Position numbers and translations under genes: made by a program
In this document: piece by piece, positions 1 through 13,745 of the stretch
How positions within the stretch are numbered: position 1 is the stretch's first letter
Layout of the letters: each line of letters starts with the position of its first letter
Assembly (NCBI RefSeq): GCF_018977255.1
Contig: NW_024704742.1
Location: forward strand, 74,278,001 to 74,342,000
DNA from: Callorhinchus milii
Taxonomy: Eukaryota
Length of the DNA: 64,000 nucleotides
Reading direction: 5' to 3'
The notes under the pieces: generated by a model
What the model saw: only the letters and a program-made list of their open reading frames with translations
Told to the model about the DNA's origin: nothing
The model's database searches: none

Positions 1-561
1 CTCCACCAGTCACATCCTGCCAATTCGAGAATGACCCGTTTATCCCTATTCTCTGTTTTCTACCCGTTAGCCACTCTTCAATCCATGCTAATATGTTCCC
101 ATTAATCCCGTGGGCTTTAACTTTGTGCAATAGCCTTTGTGGCACTTTGTCAAATGCCTTTTTAAAATCTAAATATACTACATCTACTGGTTCCCCCCTA
201 TCTAACCTGCTGGATACATCTTCAAAAAACTCTAAAAGATTAGGTAAGCATGACTTCCCTTTTGTAAAGCCATGTTGACTCTGCCTAATCCTGTTATGGT
301 TTTCCAGGAATCCCATAACGACATCTTTAATTAAGGACTCAAGAATTTTCCCTACCACTGATGTCAGACTAACTGGTCTACAGTTCCCCATCTTTTCTCT
401 CCCACCTTTCTTAAATAGTGGTGTTACGTTTGCAATCTTCCAGTCAATGGGAACCGTTCCAGAATCCAGAAAATTTTGGAAGATCAAAGACAAGCCATCC
501 ACTATCTCAGTAGCCACCTCTTTTAAAACCCTAGGATGTAGGCCATCAGGTCCAGGAGATT
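1..561 (-). mobile_element. CR1-clade LINE reverse transcriptase fragment (runs off window start)
   Basis: Minus strand translates as SPGPDGLHPRVLKE...NCRPVSLTSVVGK...QHGFTKGKSC...VYLDFKKAFDKVP, the typical CR1 ORF2 RT N-terminal motifs. Confidence 0.9.
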
Positions 562-1409
562 TTAAGTAGCAGAATCCTTTATCAATTTGAATTACAAGGG
601 GCAGGGCAAGGTCCCAATCAGGTCCCAAGATCTCTATTCTGCAACATCATTAAGAAATGTATTTCCTTTCTTTGTTCTTTTTCTGACAACGTATTACAGT
701 GGAGCCTTGTTATAAGGTGGTAGTTGAGGTCCATTAATATCCCAATCCACCTCATAACGAGATCACAATAGCTGTTTTCACTGGGATTTGCATACCGGAA
801 GCCAAAATGGCAGCTTCTGGGTCATCAAGTCTCCATTGATGTAATTTCTTGTGCACTTGGTATGTGCAGTGTCCAGGAAGTGACTTAGGTGGAGGTCTAT
901 TGACCCACAAGTTGACCATCTAAAGCACAGGAGCAGGTTGGCATGTGGGAAGTGAGCTGGCTGTACACATGCAGAGTGACTGGGGCCCACACCCCATTTC
1001 TGTTATAAATGAACCAGTCCTATGAAGAAGTAACCTGTGCTATAATACAGTGCAATTTTGTACATTATGAACACCAACCTTGTGCCATACAGAAATCCCT
1101 TACAGTATAGATGCACTTTTCGCCTGCAGAACCACCACTTTAAAGATTGTCTTATTCCAACGTATTGTTCATTTTGACTGAATGTCTTCTAAGCTGTTGG
1201 GTAGAAGGTTTAACAGATGTGCACCAATTATAAAGAACATACAGTTTTTAATCCACTTTCTCATATAGTCTTTACTTCTGAAACTACTTAGACTACCCTG
1301 GGAGTGGTTTTGGGGACTCAAACCTATATCTTGCTATGTACATATTCAGCCATTATGAAGGGTTTCACTACACAGACTATCCTAGAAATACTTGAAATCT
1401 ATTTCACAG

Positions 1410-1573
1410 GATGACCTAGACCTTGATAGGAGCTCATTGCCTCGATCAACTAGTGGGAGAGGCTTTCCAAGGAGCCTGGATGATTCTGAGGATGAGGATG
1501 ATGAGGACAGTGGTCACAGCTCAAGGAGACGGGGTAGCAGCTCCAGTGGTGTGACCTATGAAGAATTTCAAGT
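1410..1573 (+). CDS. PKD2: Polycystin-2, third-last coding exon (cytoplasmic tail, acidic cluster)
   Basis: ttcacag acceptor, gtaagt donor, 164 nt; encodes [54 protein letters not shown], matching the polycystin-2 acidic cluster and RRRGS motif. Confidence 0.95.
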
Positions 1574-1679
1574 GTAAGTTGTTCAATACCTTACTTCTGC
1601 TTCAGTGCCCCTCAGGGTCCTCCCTTGAAAACCCAGTATGGGAGGGGTGGGGTGGGGGGTGGTTCTCTTTGGAGCTGAA

Positions 1680-1942
1680 GTGCAATGGCAAGCTTTGTGG
1701 TTTTGGTTAAACTCCAGAAGTACCTCAACACACACCGAGGTCCCCAAACCTTGCCAAACTGGGCCTAATACTGGAATTAGGTAAGCAGGATGTGTCCCTT
1801 AAGGGAGAGTGTACATTCCACTCCAATACACAGGAATTTCCATGTATTGTGAGATGCATGGAGCTCCCAGTTTGGTTTGGATACTCTAATCATGATGATG
1901 GGTTCCGAATGTGTCAGACACCCGGCTGACTAGAAAAAAAAA
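1680..1942 (+). repeat. Unclassified dispersed repeat (related copies near 9465-9590, 18390-18440, 19115-19450, 25930-26130, 42420-42530, 54110-54430)
   Basis: Shared blocks caatggcaagct..tggtt..actcca, ttaggtaagca, gtttggatact, tgtcagaca..c.g.tga followed by an A-run, recognisable by eye in the several copies. Confidence 0.7.
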
Positions 1943-2124
1943 CGGAGAAGCTGCTCAGTAAAATCCACTGGGGCAGAAAACCTTCTGGTATGTCTTCCAA
2001 GCGGCCATTCTTTTTGTGCAGTGAGGTCGATGCAGTCAGTGCACGTTCAGCTGACTACTACCTCCCCCTTAAGTATCAAGTCAATCAGGTGAAGAAAGTT
2101 ATTTTTTTAAAAATAATCCATTGA

Positions 2125-2343
<219 letters not shown>

Positions 2344-2731
2344 TAGTGGATGGATAGTCCCTAGAATGTAAGAACTGTCCAATTTTTCTATATGACTGGA
2401 GTAAACCCGTTGAAGAATCTAATTACTTGCATAACCCCCTGTGGCACTGAACATTGGAAGGCTAATAATACCACAGCGTGAAGGACATTGGATATTCCTA
2501 ATTTACAGCTCCCAATCCAAGGTCCACCAAGCTGGAGAATGCTTCCCAGGCTGTTCCGACTCCCAGCATGGGAGGGAAATCTGACTAGATGGTCCAGGCT
2601 AGACAGTAGATTTTGCTTCCTAGTAGTGGGGGCAGTTGGCGAAGGTTGACTGAAGAATGGAATTTTTACAAATTGTTATTTATAAAAGATTATTTTAATT
2701 ATAATTTGGCATAACAACAACTACTTGCAGT

Positions 2732-3097
2732 TATAATAATGATCCTTGTATTTGATATAGCGCCTTATCACGTCTTTGAGACATCTCAAAAGTGCTTCAC
2801 AGAATATTCCGTAAAGTAAATTGACTATATTTTGTAAGCGAAATGCGGCAGCCAATTACGCACAACAGTGTCCCACAAACAGTCGTGGATTGAAGGGAAC
2901 AATTTATTGTTTTGGAAGGAATTATTACTCCACAGAAAACTGAACCGCCAATCGATTAATAACCGGGTTCCTACTTACTGCTAGGTAAACAGAGGCATGT
3001 GGAGTAAGGAAACTTGCCCAACATTTTGCTCTGCCGGGAATTGAACACGGGTCTCTCGCTTGCGTGGCGAGTGCGCTAACCACTGAGCTGCAGGACT
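2732..3097 (-). mobile_element. tRNA-derived SINE, full-length copy in last PKD2 intron
   Basis: Reverse complement begins with tRNA-like head (agctcagtggttagcgcactcgccacgcaagcgagagacccgtgttcaattccc) and ends in a TTA-type tail; same family as 60519-60817. Confidence 0.85.
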
Positions 3098-3389
3098 TAC
3101 ACAGTGTAGAGTACCAAATTGCCAAATTGCCAAATCACGTGGGGTAGCATCCCAGAGAGCTTAATATATAGTGATAAGAGCGCAGAAGCAACAATAACAA
3201 AATTACATTTGTATAGCGCCTTTCACGTCGGGAGGACGTCCCAAAGCGCTGGATTTATGGCTCAATGTTTCAATGTCTCATATGTTCTACATCACAATCT
3301 CATTGGATACTGCTACTATTGGGCAGCAATCGCAAGTATCCAAACACAAAAACCTGAAAAAAGTGAACTAACTTCTGCTTGACCTGCAG

Positions 3390-3617
3390 GATGAACGATC
3401 TGGTCGTGACAATGATATCCATAGGGAACAAATGGAGCGTTTAGTCCGAGAGGAGCTGGAGCGCTGGGAATCGGATGATACTGTGTCACAGTTGAGTCAA
3501 CATCTTGGAACACCCCTGGGAATGAATTGGCAATCTCGTTCCTGCAGCTCACGCCCTTCCTCCTCTCAGTCCACAGAAGGACTTGATGCTGCTGGTCATG
3601 GAGGCAGTCATGTTTAG
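3390..3617 (+). CDS. PKD2: Polycystin-2, last coding exon
   Basis: ctgcag acceptor; [30 protein letters not shown]...[11 protein letters not shown]...GGSHV then TAG; matches the PKD2 C-terminus. Confidence 0.95.
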   Translation, partial: DERSGRDNDIHREQMERLVREELERWESDDTVSQLSQHLGTPLGMNWQSRSCSSRPSSSQSTEGLDAAGHGGSHV

Positions 3618-5750
3618 CGTTGAGAGTGCTTGACGTGAATGGAAGATTTCCTCCAGTGCTTCTTTATATTGTTAGTTCAGTTTGACAATGCAACAGTATT
3701 TAGACATTTATTAAAACAGATTCTGCATCCAGTTGTGAGTTAGTAAATAACAAGCACAGCTTCCACAAACTGTTTTGATGAATTGCATAAGCAGTATTGT
3801 TAAATGTGAATTTTGTAAAGTTTGCCTTGGAACACCCCTGGGATTGATGAAATTGTCTGTATAGTGCACATTCCATTAAGGAGTTCAAAACTAAATGACA
3901 TAAACAAAAGCCAGATCCTTCAGTCCCTGTTAAGAGAAGATTTTGAATATCTGCAAAATATTCCAGTGTGTTCTAAATACATTTTCTGTAGGAAACCAAT
4001 TTGTATGATATTCAGATATATCTTTCTTCCATCCATCTACCTGCTAGTGAATATGTTGCACTTCTGCATGCCTGGGTTTTAATCGATGTTGGTTTTGCTG
4101 CTGCATTGTTTTTTAACCTGATCTCAAATGTAACCTTAACTTCGATGAGGATTTCTTTGGCGACAAGTGAGGCCTGAAAACAATGGGATTAGAAATATTA
4201 AATCTTTTGAATGGGAATTTGAAAAAAAACAGTTCAGATTATATATTTGTCAGTGACCCCCATTCGTCAAATGGCCTTTCAGAGGTTTTATCAAAGGATA
4301 ATTCATCTTTTTCACAGCAGTACAAAATATTTTTTCCTCAACAGATGAAGGTTATGTATAGGGTAGAGTATTGATCTCTCAGAAACTAGTAAAATTGTGA
4401 TTCCCTACCAATAACCTTAAAAACCCAAATAATTCATGCAATAATTTATTAATCATCCACTTGTTCCTAGTTCAGCTACTGTTCTCCTGGAGTTATAGTT
4501 GATGTTCTGTGATCAGTAACTACTAAATCTCACGATGATTAGTGGATGATAGTGTCTTCTTATGAGTTACCATGTCGTGCTTTTTAGCTATTTGTTTATG
4601 AAAGTTAGTTCAGGTATCCAGAAAATGTATCCAGTTGAGTACTGGGCCTATATATTTCTACAATTCTACCTAATATTTCCCAATAATGAATTTACATTAT
4701 GGTTTCAAAACTTTTTGTAAGCTGATAACCTGAACCGAGGTAACTGCTTTCCTGCAGAATGGTTCATAAGCACATTTGATTTCTTGCACTAGATTCTAAC
4801 ATTTATTAATCTTGTTAAGCAATTGCAACCAAACATTACAACCCAAGTATATAATCTAATAGGTTTCCCAGGCTGTATGCATTCTTAGCGCCATTTTGTC
4901 TTGACATTCCTTCTCGCAACATGAGACCATTAGTAGTTTTTCATGTTGAACTCTGTTTTGGAAAGTGAAAAATCTATTTAATCATCTTACCCGATGTTCG
5001 AATGGATAGTTTACATTGAAACCTTTGTTGAATGTTGTTTTCACAGAAGTGGTATAAGTGAGAATGTAAACAACAACTATGAGTGGACATTTATATAGTT
5101 TAACCACTTAATTCAAAATCAGGTTTAGAATAAAATGTTCATTTCCAAATAGAAAAAGGAAAGTGCCTTTGCCAAATGAAACATCTTTTTGGAAAATATC
5201 CCTCATTCTCTGAATATTTTTCCAAATCTTGCTGATTGCTTAGTTTTAACATGTGCCGAATGCAACAAAAGCATTTAATTGTACGTATTAATGCATCACA
5301 CAGTTTTATGAACCAAATGACACTTTATTAATGTGTGAGGTGCAGAACTTTAACAAGCTTCATTTTGAAGTGCATTGTTCATGGAATATCCATGTTATTT
5401 GACACCCCATGTGCCAATGCAGAAAATCTAATCAGTTTTATATATCAAATCAGGATTCTGTATATTTTCTGCATTTATATCTAAATCATGTATCTGACTT
5501 TAACTGTACAGTTTTTAAAATTGTGTTAGGTACAACGTTTATCTTTTTAGTAGGTATAGTGTACACCTCCTTTGATTATTGATTGTGCAGGTCATGGGCC
5601 TGTTATATCAAGCACTTTACTTCCTAATAAACCATCTTTTCTGCAAAATATTTTTTCTTGTGTTTTCACACCAGTCCTCAAATCGCGGTTTAATTTCAAT
5701 ATTGTGAATTTTCAATATTTCAAACAAATAAAATTGTTTGACGGTCTTAA
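3618..5750 (+). other. PKD2: Probable PKD2 3' UTR (~2.1 kb)
   Basis: AT-rich stretch without recognisable repeats after the stop; AATAAA at 5626 and 5727, with interspersed repeats resuming soon afterwards. Confidence 0.6.
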
Positions 5751-7454
5751 ATGTTGAACCCATAGATATCCTATGCATGGTCGCCCAGACATTTTTCTCT
5801 GCTCCACTCCAATGTTAAACATTTAAAAGTATACAGTAAAAATATCTTACTGATCATCGTTGTAATAATATAAGATATGTAACTACAACAACAACAGCTT
5901 GGATTTATATAGTGCCCTTCACTCTGGACGGCATTTCAAAGCGCTTCACAGCAACGGATCCCGGGGCTGAGCCAGGGGGAGGGGGGAGGAAGGTGACCAA
6001 AGGCGCGGTCGAAAAGAAAGGTCTTCAGCCGAGACCTGAAAATAGAAAGAGGGGGCGAGGCAAAGGGAGTGAGGAAGGGAGTTCCAGAGCCATAACTCTT
6101 TGTGACGGTTATTGTTTATTTCTGACTGCCTGTTAATGCTGTGTATGTGACATTCAATTAAAGACAGTCAGGGCTGTGAGCTTCCTCACTTTATATGCAA
6201 TCATGACAAACTGCAGGTATCTAGGGGTAAAATAATCTTTGTTTATGGCCAAGTAAAGTGTTTCATTGGTCCCCTGTTCAGATAAGATACTAAGGAGAGA
6301 TTTGAGCTATCAGCATGTTTGAAGGATTTATTTGGGATAGCAGAGATCAGGCAGCCCCATTACTCCTGTTAGGACTGCACAACAGACTGGTCCTGCTTTG
6401 TTGTCATCAAACCCATGTGCTAAGTTAATTGACAGATGAGTGCTGTGTCTTAACCTCAAAGTGACAGGCTGAGGGGAGAGCTTTTATAATCTTAGCAGGT
6501 CGTGAAAATGTTTTCACATAACAACCAAATGTGCAACGAATAGGGAATTGAGCATTAATGATATCAATGCCATATTAATCTCCCACCATTCCTAGGCAAT
6601 TGAGCCAATTTAGACAAATGACTATAATAAAAAATGACAAAGAACCAAAGTATAGTATCTGATTCAATCTTTGTCCATATTATGCTACAGTGCATTTTTA
6701 CTGACACACCGTTGAGTAGTATCTTGCCATAGAGCACTTCAGACAGTAAGGTGGCAGTATTGCACCAACAAATAGCTTCACTGACTTCTCAGGTAATAAC
6801 ATTTCAAATTCTAACATGTCTCTGATTTACACTGCTGGAAGCAAAGTGATATCGCCTCTACCATTGAAGTGAATAGTGCTGGCAACTCTGATTTCAATAC
6901 TTTCCGTTCCTAAGGAAAGTCCAATTTATACCTTCTATTTCTAATCCCATTAGCCGAGGTAATGCCTTGTTAATGTTTCCTTGAACTATTAAAGGACCAT
7001 TCCCAAGCAGTCCCTGACTGACACCTGCTGTGTTTATAATACAACAAATATGCTGTGAAACAGCTGTTTAAGGTAGACTAAGGAGCACTGTGATTTGTTT
7101 TCAGGTGCTATTTTTCACAACAATTCATTACAAAAGACACAGGTCAACCAACCCTTTTTGGTGGCCAACAAAATAATTGTAGAAATAACAAAATAGCATA
7201 GGTTTATAGCCATAAATCAAGAAATATTCAATCAAAAAATATTTTGTTGGCTGTCAGTGGTATAAACCCAGAAAGAATGTACTATAGCAGTTAATTAAGG
7301 CCCTCAGTTGTTCAAAATTTGAGGGAGAATGAGACAGGTTGCCAATCCTAAGGACTAAATAATATTGACAGTGAAAAATAGAATATTGCAACTAATTATC
7401 AATTTTAATAATGAAAAGAGGTTTTGTTAACTGCAGTGCAATTGTGTACAACAA

Positions 7455-8060
7455 TGGGACAAACCAGGGCTCCTCAGTCTTGAGAGAAGATGTCTCAGAG
7501 GGAACCGCTTGGTGGTGTATAAAGTTTTAAATGGGATAGAAAAATAAACCAAGATCAATACTTTCGGATGAATCAAGACTAGAATAAGAGAACATATGTT
7601 TAGAGTTGCAAAAGGTAATTTCAGGATAGATATCCAAAACCTTTTCTTTACTTTTCTTTTAAGTGAGAGACCTGAGTTCAATTCCAGTCAGGGCGAAACC
7701 TAGGGCAAGTTTCCTTACTCCACACGCCTAATAATAATCCCTCCAAAAAAACAAAATAATAATAAATTGGTCATTTTCAATCTACGACTGTTTGTGGGAC
7801 ATTGCTGTGCGCAATTGGCTGCCGCGTTCGCCCACAAATATACAGTCAATTCACTTTACAGTGTGTTCTGTGAAGCGCTTTGGGACGTCCTCCCGACGTG
7901 AAAAGCGCTATATCAAATGCAAGGATTATTATTATTATTATTATTATTACCCAGAGGATCATTAATGACTGGAACAGGTTACCAGAAAGGGTGGTTAAGA
8001 ACTGGACTCAATCAAAAAACAGCTTGATGCAGTGATGGGAGGATGGTATCGGAAGGCCCT
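7455..8060 (+). mobile_element. CR1 LINE 3' fragment interrupted by a SINE
   Basis: Degenerate CR1 C-terminal sequence (GLLSLERRCLRG...) continues after the SINE at 7950 with ccagaggatcattaatgactggaac. Confidence 0.7.
7662..7949 (+). mobile_element. tRNA-derived SINE (5'-truncated) with (TTA)n tail
   Basis: B-box gagttcaattcc, body gggcgaaacc..gggcaagtttccttactccacacgcc, tail aaatgcaaggattattattattatt. Confidence 0.85.
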
Positions 8061-8344
8061 AAACCAATCCAAACTGTTATTGTGACAACTTGCCCAATGC
8101 ACCAAATCATTGAATGTACAATGATTTCAACTGATGGCTTCTGTAAGATACTTTAAATGCTTGTACAACGCTTCCAATATAAGAACAGCTGGAGTAGATT
8201 TTTACATTATGTTAGCGGAGTACATTATAGGACCATTCAGGCCATCAAGCCTGTTCTACTCGTTTTATTAATCACAAGGTTGCCAGCACATTTAATAGAA
8301 TTTCACTTCTGTTTTAATACTTGTTTATATCTACAGCATCTACA

Positions 8345-9450
8345 TTTTAAGAGGAGGAAGGTTTTCAGATGGGACTTGAAAAAGGGGAGAGAGGGGGCAA
8401 GGCAGAGGGATTGAAGGAGAGTGTTCCAGAGTTTTGGGGCGTAGCGGCTGAAAGCGCGACCTCCAGTGGTGGGGCGGAGGGTGCGAGGGACGAGCAGGAT
8501 GCCGGTGCCAGTGAAGCAGAGGGACCGGGTGATGGATTGGGGAGTGAGGAGAGGTAGGGAGGTGCCAGGGAGTGAATGGATTTGAACACGAGTGTGAGGA
8601 TCTTGAAGTCGATCCGTTTGGTGATGGGGAGCCAGTGAAGCCTGGCCAGAAGTGGTGAGATGTGGGTACGGAGTTTGTTCCGGGTCAGTATGTGGGCGGC
8701 AGAGTTCTGAATGAGCTGGAGTTTTTGCATAGTGCAGCTGGGGAGACCGGCGAGGAGAGCATTTGAGTAATCCAGGCGGGAGGTGACAAACACATGCACG
8801 AGGGTTTCGGCTGCATTTGGGGTGAGGTACGGTCAGAGACAGGCAATGTGGTGGTGGTGGAGGAAGGAGGTCCTGGTCAGGGACTGGATGTGGGGGAGGA
8901 AGGACAGCTGGAGGATGAACTGGACGCCTAGATTGTGCACTGGTTCAGTGAGTCTGAGGGAGAGCCCAGGGAGGTTGAGGAGTTTAGATTCGCAGAAATG
9001 AAGACATTGATGGGAGCCAAGGAGTATGTATGGCTTCTGTCTTGTCCACATTCAGCTGCAGGAAGTTAGCACTCATCCAGGCCCTGATGTCTGCCAGACA
9101 AGCTGATAGAACATCGATGCTGGAGGAGGCAAAGTAGATTTGTGTGTCATCCGCATATGTGTGGAAGTTGACCCCTTATCTGGGGATCACATCACCCAGA
9201 GGGAGCATATAGATAAGGAAAAGAAGGGGGCCAAGGATGGATCCCTGGGGTACCCTGCTGGTGACCGGCAGGGCCTGGAGGAGAAACCATTTGCCGAGAT
9301 GAAGTGGAGGCGGTTGGTTAAGTAGGACTCAAACCATGTGAGTGTGGTCCCACTAAGGTGGATTAGAGAGGCGAGGTGGTGGAGGAGAATGGCGTGGTCG
9401 ACTGTCAAAATGCGGCAGAGAGATCCAGGAGGACGAGGAGTGAGAGGGTT
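8345..9450 (-). mobile_element. L2-clade LINE ORF2 fragment, decayed
   Basis: Minus-strand ORFs VDHAILLHHL..., HVFVTSRLDYSNALLAGLP...LQLIQNSAAHIL...LHWLPI...FKILTLVFK, typical of the L2 RT C-terminus; frameshifted. Confidence 0.9.
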
Positions 9451-9639
9451 TAGCCTTGACGTTAACAAACCAGCTAAAATCGCACAATGCGCCACAGAGA
9501 GCATTATCTGGTAAGCTTTCTGCTGCTTGTCCAGCTAGAACCATACTATCTTTTAAGCCTTTAGTTTGCTTGGTTAACAGCAGCATCCTGTTTGCCTTGT
9601 TTATTGCTGCCTTCAGGCTCTGGCAGCATCAACCTCCAT

Positions 9640-10090
9640 GGTTACACACTACAACTCACCAAGCCAGTTAGGAACCTAGGTGTCTTGTTCGACCCGTAAC
9701 TGTCTTTTCTTCCCCACATCAAAGCCATGACCCGCTCTGCCTTCCCTCACCTCTGTAACATCGCCCGACTCCGCCATTACCTCACTCCTCAGGACGCTGA
9801 AACTCTTGTTCGTGCCTTCATTGCCTCCAGGTTCGAGTATGCAAATGTCCTGCTTGTCGGCCTTCCCAACTTCTCCCTCCACAGGCTGCAGATAATCCAG
9901 AACTCTGCAGCCCATGTCCTCTCCCGCACCAAACTCCGTGATCCCATCTCCCCCATTCTCGCCCGACTCCATTGGCTCCCTATCCTTCAGAGGATCCAGT
10001 TCAAGATCCTGGTCCTCACCTACAAAGCCTTCCATGGCCTCGCCCCACCCTACCTCTGTGACCTCCTAACCCCCTATCAATCCACCCGTG
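9640..10090 (+). mobile_element. L2-clade LINE ORF2 fragment
   Basis: NIARLRHYLT...AFIASRFEYANVLLVGLP...QNSAAHVL...LHWLPILQRIQFKILVLTYKA. Confidence 0.9.
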
Positions 10091-10209
10091 TGTTTCCTAT
10101 TTTAATTCCTATTTGTAGTGTCTTATATTTATCTTTATTAAACTTCATTCAGTTACCAGATGCACAAATCTCTAAAAATATCTACATAGGAAGGTAGGAT
10201 TATTTTTAA

Positions 10210-10697
10210 AAAAATGTCAATGGGGTCTTGGTCTTTATATCTAGAAGGATAGAATATAAAATTGAGACGGTGATGTTGACTTTATGCAAAACCTTAGTTA
10301 AACCACATTTGGAGTATTGTGTCCAATTCTAATCTCCATACTATAAGAGGGATATACAATTCCAACAATGGAAACAGTACAGCACAGGTTTACCTGGATG
10401 AAACCAGGGCTGGCAGGTTACTAATGTCAGGAGAGATTAAACAAGTTAGGCCTTTTACCCCTAGAGAAGAGACATGTTTGAGGGAACCCAATAGAGGTGT
10501 TTAAAATTCTGAAAAGGTTCAATAAAGTTGGCATAAGTAGGTGAGTCCACTACTTGGGGAGTCCATAACCAGGGGAGACCAGTATAAGATAGGGGATCAA
10601 AAAGAGAATTTAGGAGGAATTACTTCATGCAAGGGATATGGGTGGAGAATGTGGAACTTGCTGCCCGAAGCGATAGTTGATTCAGATAGTATAGATC
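10210..10697 (+). mobile_element. CR1 LINE 3' fragment, decayed
   Basis: Degenerate ...KTLVKPHLEYCVQF...WNLLP remnants across frames. Confidence 0.75.
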
Positions 10698-12489
10698 AGT
10701 GGTCACCAATCCTTATGGTCGGCCAACAAATACATTTTTCGTTATTGAATTTTTTTCATTTATGGCCATGTCATGAGTGTCGTGGGTTGGTAGCTACTGA
10801 AACTTTGGTGTGGATTTGCTTAGACTGGTCCAGGTGTTTCCTGGGCCACATCATGACGCTCCAAGGAGTCAATCACGATCGACTGGTCGATTAGATCTCC
10901 TCTGCAAAGACCTTCTGCTTCCTTCCCTTCTGCCAGGTCTGAATCAATATCTTGCCATCAATAACCCAGTGACTACAGACACAATAACACTCTCCACGTC
11001 TTTCATATACAACTAGAGAAGCAAAGGGCAACAAAACACCAAGGGCTCATGTTAAGGTTACTGAATTTAAATAATGTTTGTCATGTTATAAGGTTCATTC
11101 GATATTTAGTGTGGAATACAGATTATTTAATTGGGAAGAATGTATTATGGATGGATTTGCTAGTCAGGATCTTAAAATATCAAATTGTTTGAGTTATTGG
11201 GAGCTAGCGGAGTTTGGGAAAGTTGTCAAATGTGTGCAGAGTCTAGATGTGAAAAGAACACAGGCTGCAAAGTTTGGCTACGTTGGAGCTTGGAAGACCA
11301 GTGAGGAGTGCACTGGAAATAAAACTCAAAAGTAAGAGATATTGTACGCGAATTCAGCAGTCAATTTGCAGAGCACAATGTCCCACATAAAGCCATGAAG
11401 TGAGCCAATTTATTTGGACGGCTGCTGGCCAGGATACCAGAGAAAAAATTGCTTCTTCTTTTTGAATAGTGTTCTGGGATCTTTAACCACCATTGGAAAA
11501 GCCTGGGAAGGTAACAATAGAAATTCAATCATAAAATAATGGCTAATTCATCTAGCAGCCATTGCAGTTGTTGCCGCAAGACAGACAGTGCTACTCAAGT
11601 ATAGAATTGCCACATGCACCTTGTGAGAGGCTGATAGTATCTCCCACAAAATGCACTGACTGACCTGGTCAAAGATTATTCATTGCTGCATTAGAATGAA
11701 ACTGGAGGTGGCCAATGGAATGTGAGTTACACACATCTGATGACATTTTTGAGCTATAATTAACTGTCTAGGACATGACAAAACAAGAAAAGAATGTGTA
11801 GAAACATAAACAGAATAAAGTACATCCTTATCATAGAGTGGAATTCTACCAACTAGAAGCATAAATAACATACTTTTATTTTAACCCTTGCTCAATGTGA
11901 TGGTGAATTTATAGGAGAAAGCGTCAGGAAGAGATTTTTTTTGTTAGTAGGTACATATTCTAATAATGTTGTGTAGACAAAGACATGATGAGGTTTTCGG
12001 ACACCACCAACAACATGTCCAAGGGCATGATGGGCAAATAATGCCCTTTAATTAAATCAAATTGTTGGTTTGCAAACAAACATCAAATTGTTTGAATTCC
12101 TCAGCAATTGTGTAATGTTAATAATGGAGACACCACAGTATGACTGAGTGACATTTCAAACAGTTGTGGCAAAATATCAGCTATAGATTTGTTCGATTGA
12201 CTTCCATGATCTTCCTTGTGAAGTATTCCACAAGTTGAATACCCTTTGCACGAAATGTTCTGCCTTTTTTTTATTTCTGTCTTTTAACTAGTGTGCTATC
12301 ATAGCCATGCGCAGACAGTTGTGTAAGTCCAGCCTCAGTACCATACAGAGACAAAATTTATACAAGAGAATTTCTACAGGAGCACAAAATAGTTTATCAA
12401 ATACAATCTGGTGTGTCAATGAAGAATTAGGATCAGGATATAAATTGCAGTGATTTGTAAGTGGTGGGGAGGAGAGAATAGTTTGGTTA

Positions 12490-12870
12490 ATCTGGTCGCA
12501 CTCTCGTCTCTGGGTCAGAGGTTTCTGAGTTCCAACTCATAGTCTTAGAGCGACACTCCAGTCCAATATATTTATACTGCACCTAAACCCTAGTGTATAA
12601 TACACATACTTATATGGCATCCATATTAATGGAGTTGATGTTGTACAGTTGTTAAACTGAAGTCCTGTCCGCCTGTTCAGGTGGATGTTAAAGATCCAAT
12701 GGAACTAATTGAAAAGAAAAGAGAGTTTCTCTTGACATCCTGGCCAACAAAGCTTCAGATAAATTAATCATTCACTTTATAATTGTTTGTGTGCAAAATA
12801 GCTGCCGTTTACCTAAAAAATGATGGTAATTTGCTGGAAAGTGCTTGGACACTTTATGATGTGCTAAGAC
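12490..12870 (+). mobile_element. Deu-domain SINE (SacSINE1/AmnSINE1-like)
   Basis: Head cactctcgtctctgggtcagagg; core ttaaactgaagtcctgtccgcctgttcaggtggatgttaaagatccaatgg...gagtttctcttgacatcctggccaa resembles the DeuSINE central domain (from recall of the consensus). Confidence 0.6.
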
Positions 12871-13465
12871 ACTGGTGTTTTTATGAATTTCTGCCCTTTG
12901 AACATGAGATTGTAATCCTGTTTAACCTTTTTCTATTCACTTTAATGTTGAATTAGGTTTCTTCACATTGTAATTATTTATGCTACCGCATCCAGCTCAT
13001 TTGAACTCTTTTTGAGTGTAATGGATAGCAGTGAAATGGAAAGTTTGTTACAGATCCTGATATTGTATATTTTTATTTTGTTCAGCCAGATTTCAACTGA
13101 TCCCTAATGAGACAGTAAAGATTACACATGAGATAATAAAGGCTTCAAAAGAGCCACATTTTACGATTAAATAATCAATAGATAGTTAGGCATTCTTGTT
13201 AATCATGTTTTGCAGAGTGATTGTACACAGACGTTATTATACAGCATGACAGTGAAGCAGAACAGAACTTTCTACGCTATTCACAAACAAGTCTGAACTA
13301 TTCCTGCGGGTCATTAACAAAGGTAAGGCTGAGAATCTCTTTCAGTCCAATGTATCAGTTTAAAAAAAAGTGAGATTTGTTTTGTGTTATTCATTTCGCT
13401 TCCTTGGAAACCCATCACTTAGGTCTTTACTTGAATCCAGAACAGCTCTGATAATATAAAGAGGT

Positions 13466-13745
13466 AATAATAAATAATAATAATCCTTGCATTTGATATA
13501 GCGCTTTTCACGTCTTCTACACGTCTCAAAGTGCTTCACAGAATATACTGTAAAGTGAATTGACTGTATATTTGTGGGTGAAATGTGGCAGACAATTGTA
13601 TACAGCAGTGTCCCACAGACAGTCTTGGATTGAAGTGACCAATTTTATTATTGTTATTTTTCTTGAGGGATTATTATCAGGCGTGTGGAGTAAGGAAACT
13701 TGCCCAAGGTTTCGCCCTGCCGGGAATCAAACCCAGGTCTCTCGA
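13466..13745 (-). mobile_element. tRNA-derived SINE
   Basis: (TAA)n then tccttgcatttgatatagcgct...taaggaaacttgcccaaggtttcgccc; close copy of 20642-20970. Confidence 0.85.

Noticed and set aside
695..1100. Tigger/pogo-like MITE starting ta-cagtggagccttgttataa
   Set aside because: Only one candidate terminal repeat seen; no matching right end or TA duplication.
11078..11335. 85-aa ORF followed by a gtaaga donor
   Set aside because: No recognisable domain, no signal peptide, no partner exons.
13219..13322. Exon-like segment (ttttgcag ... ag|gtaagg)
   Set aside because: Stops in all three frames; at most non-coding, and unsupported.
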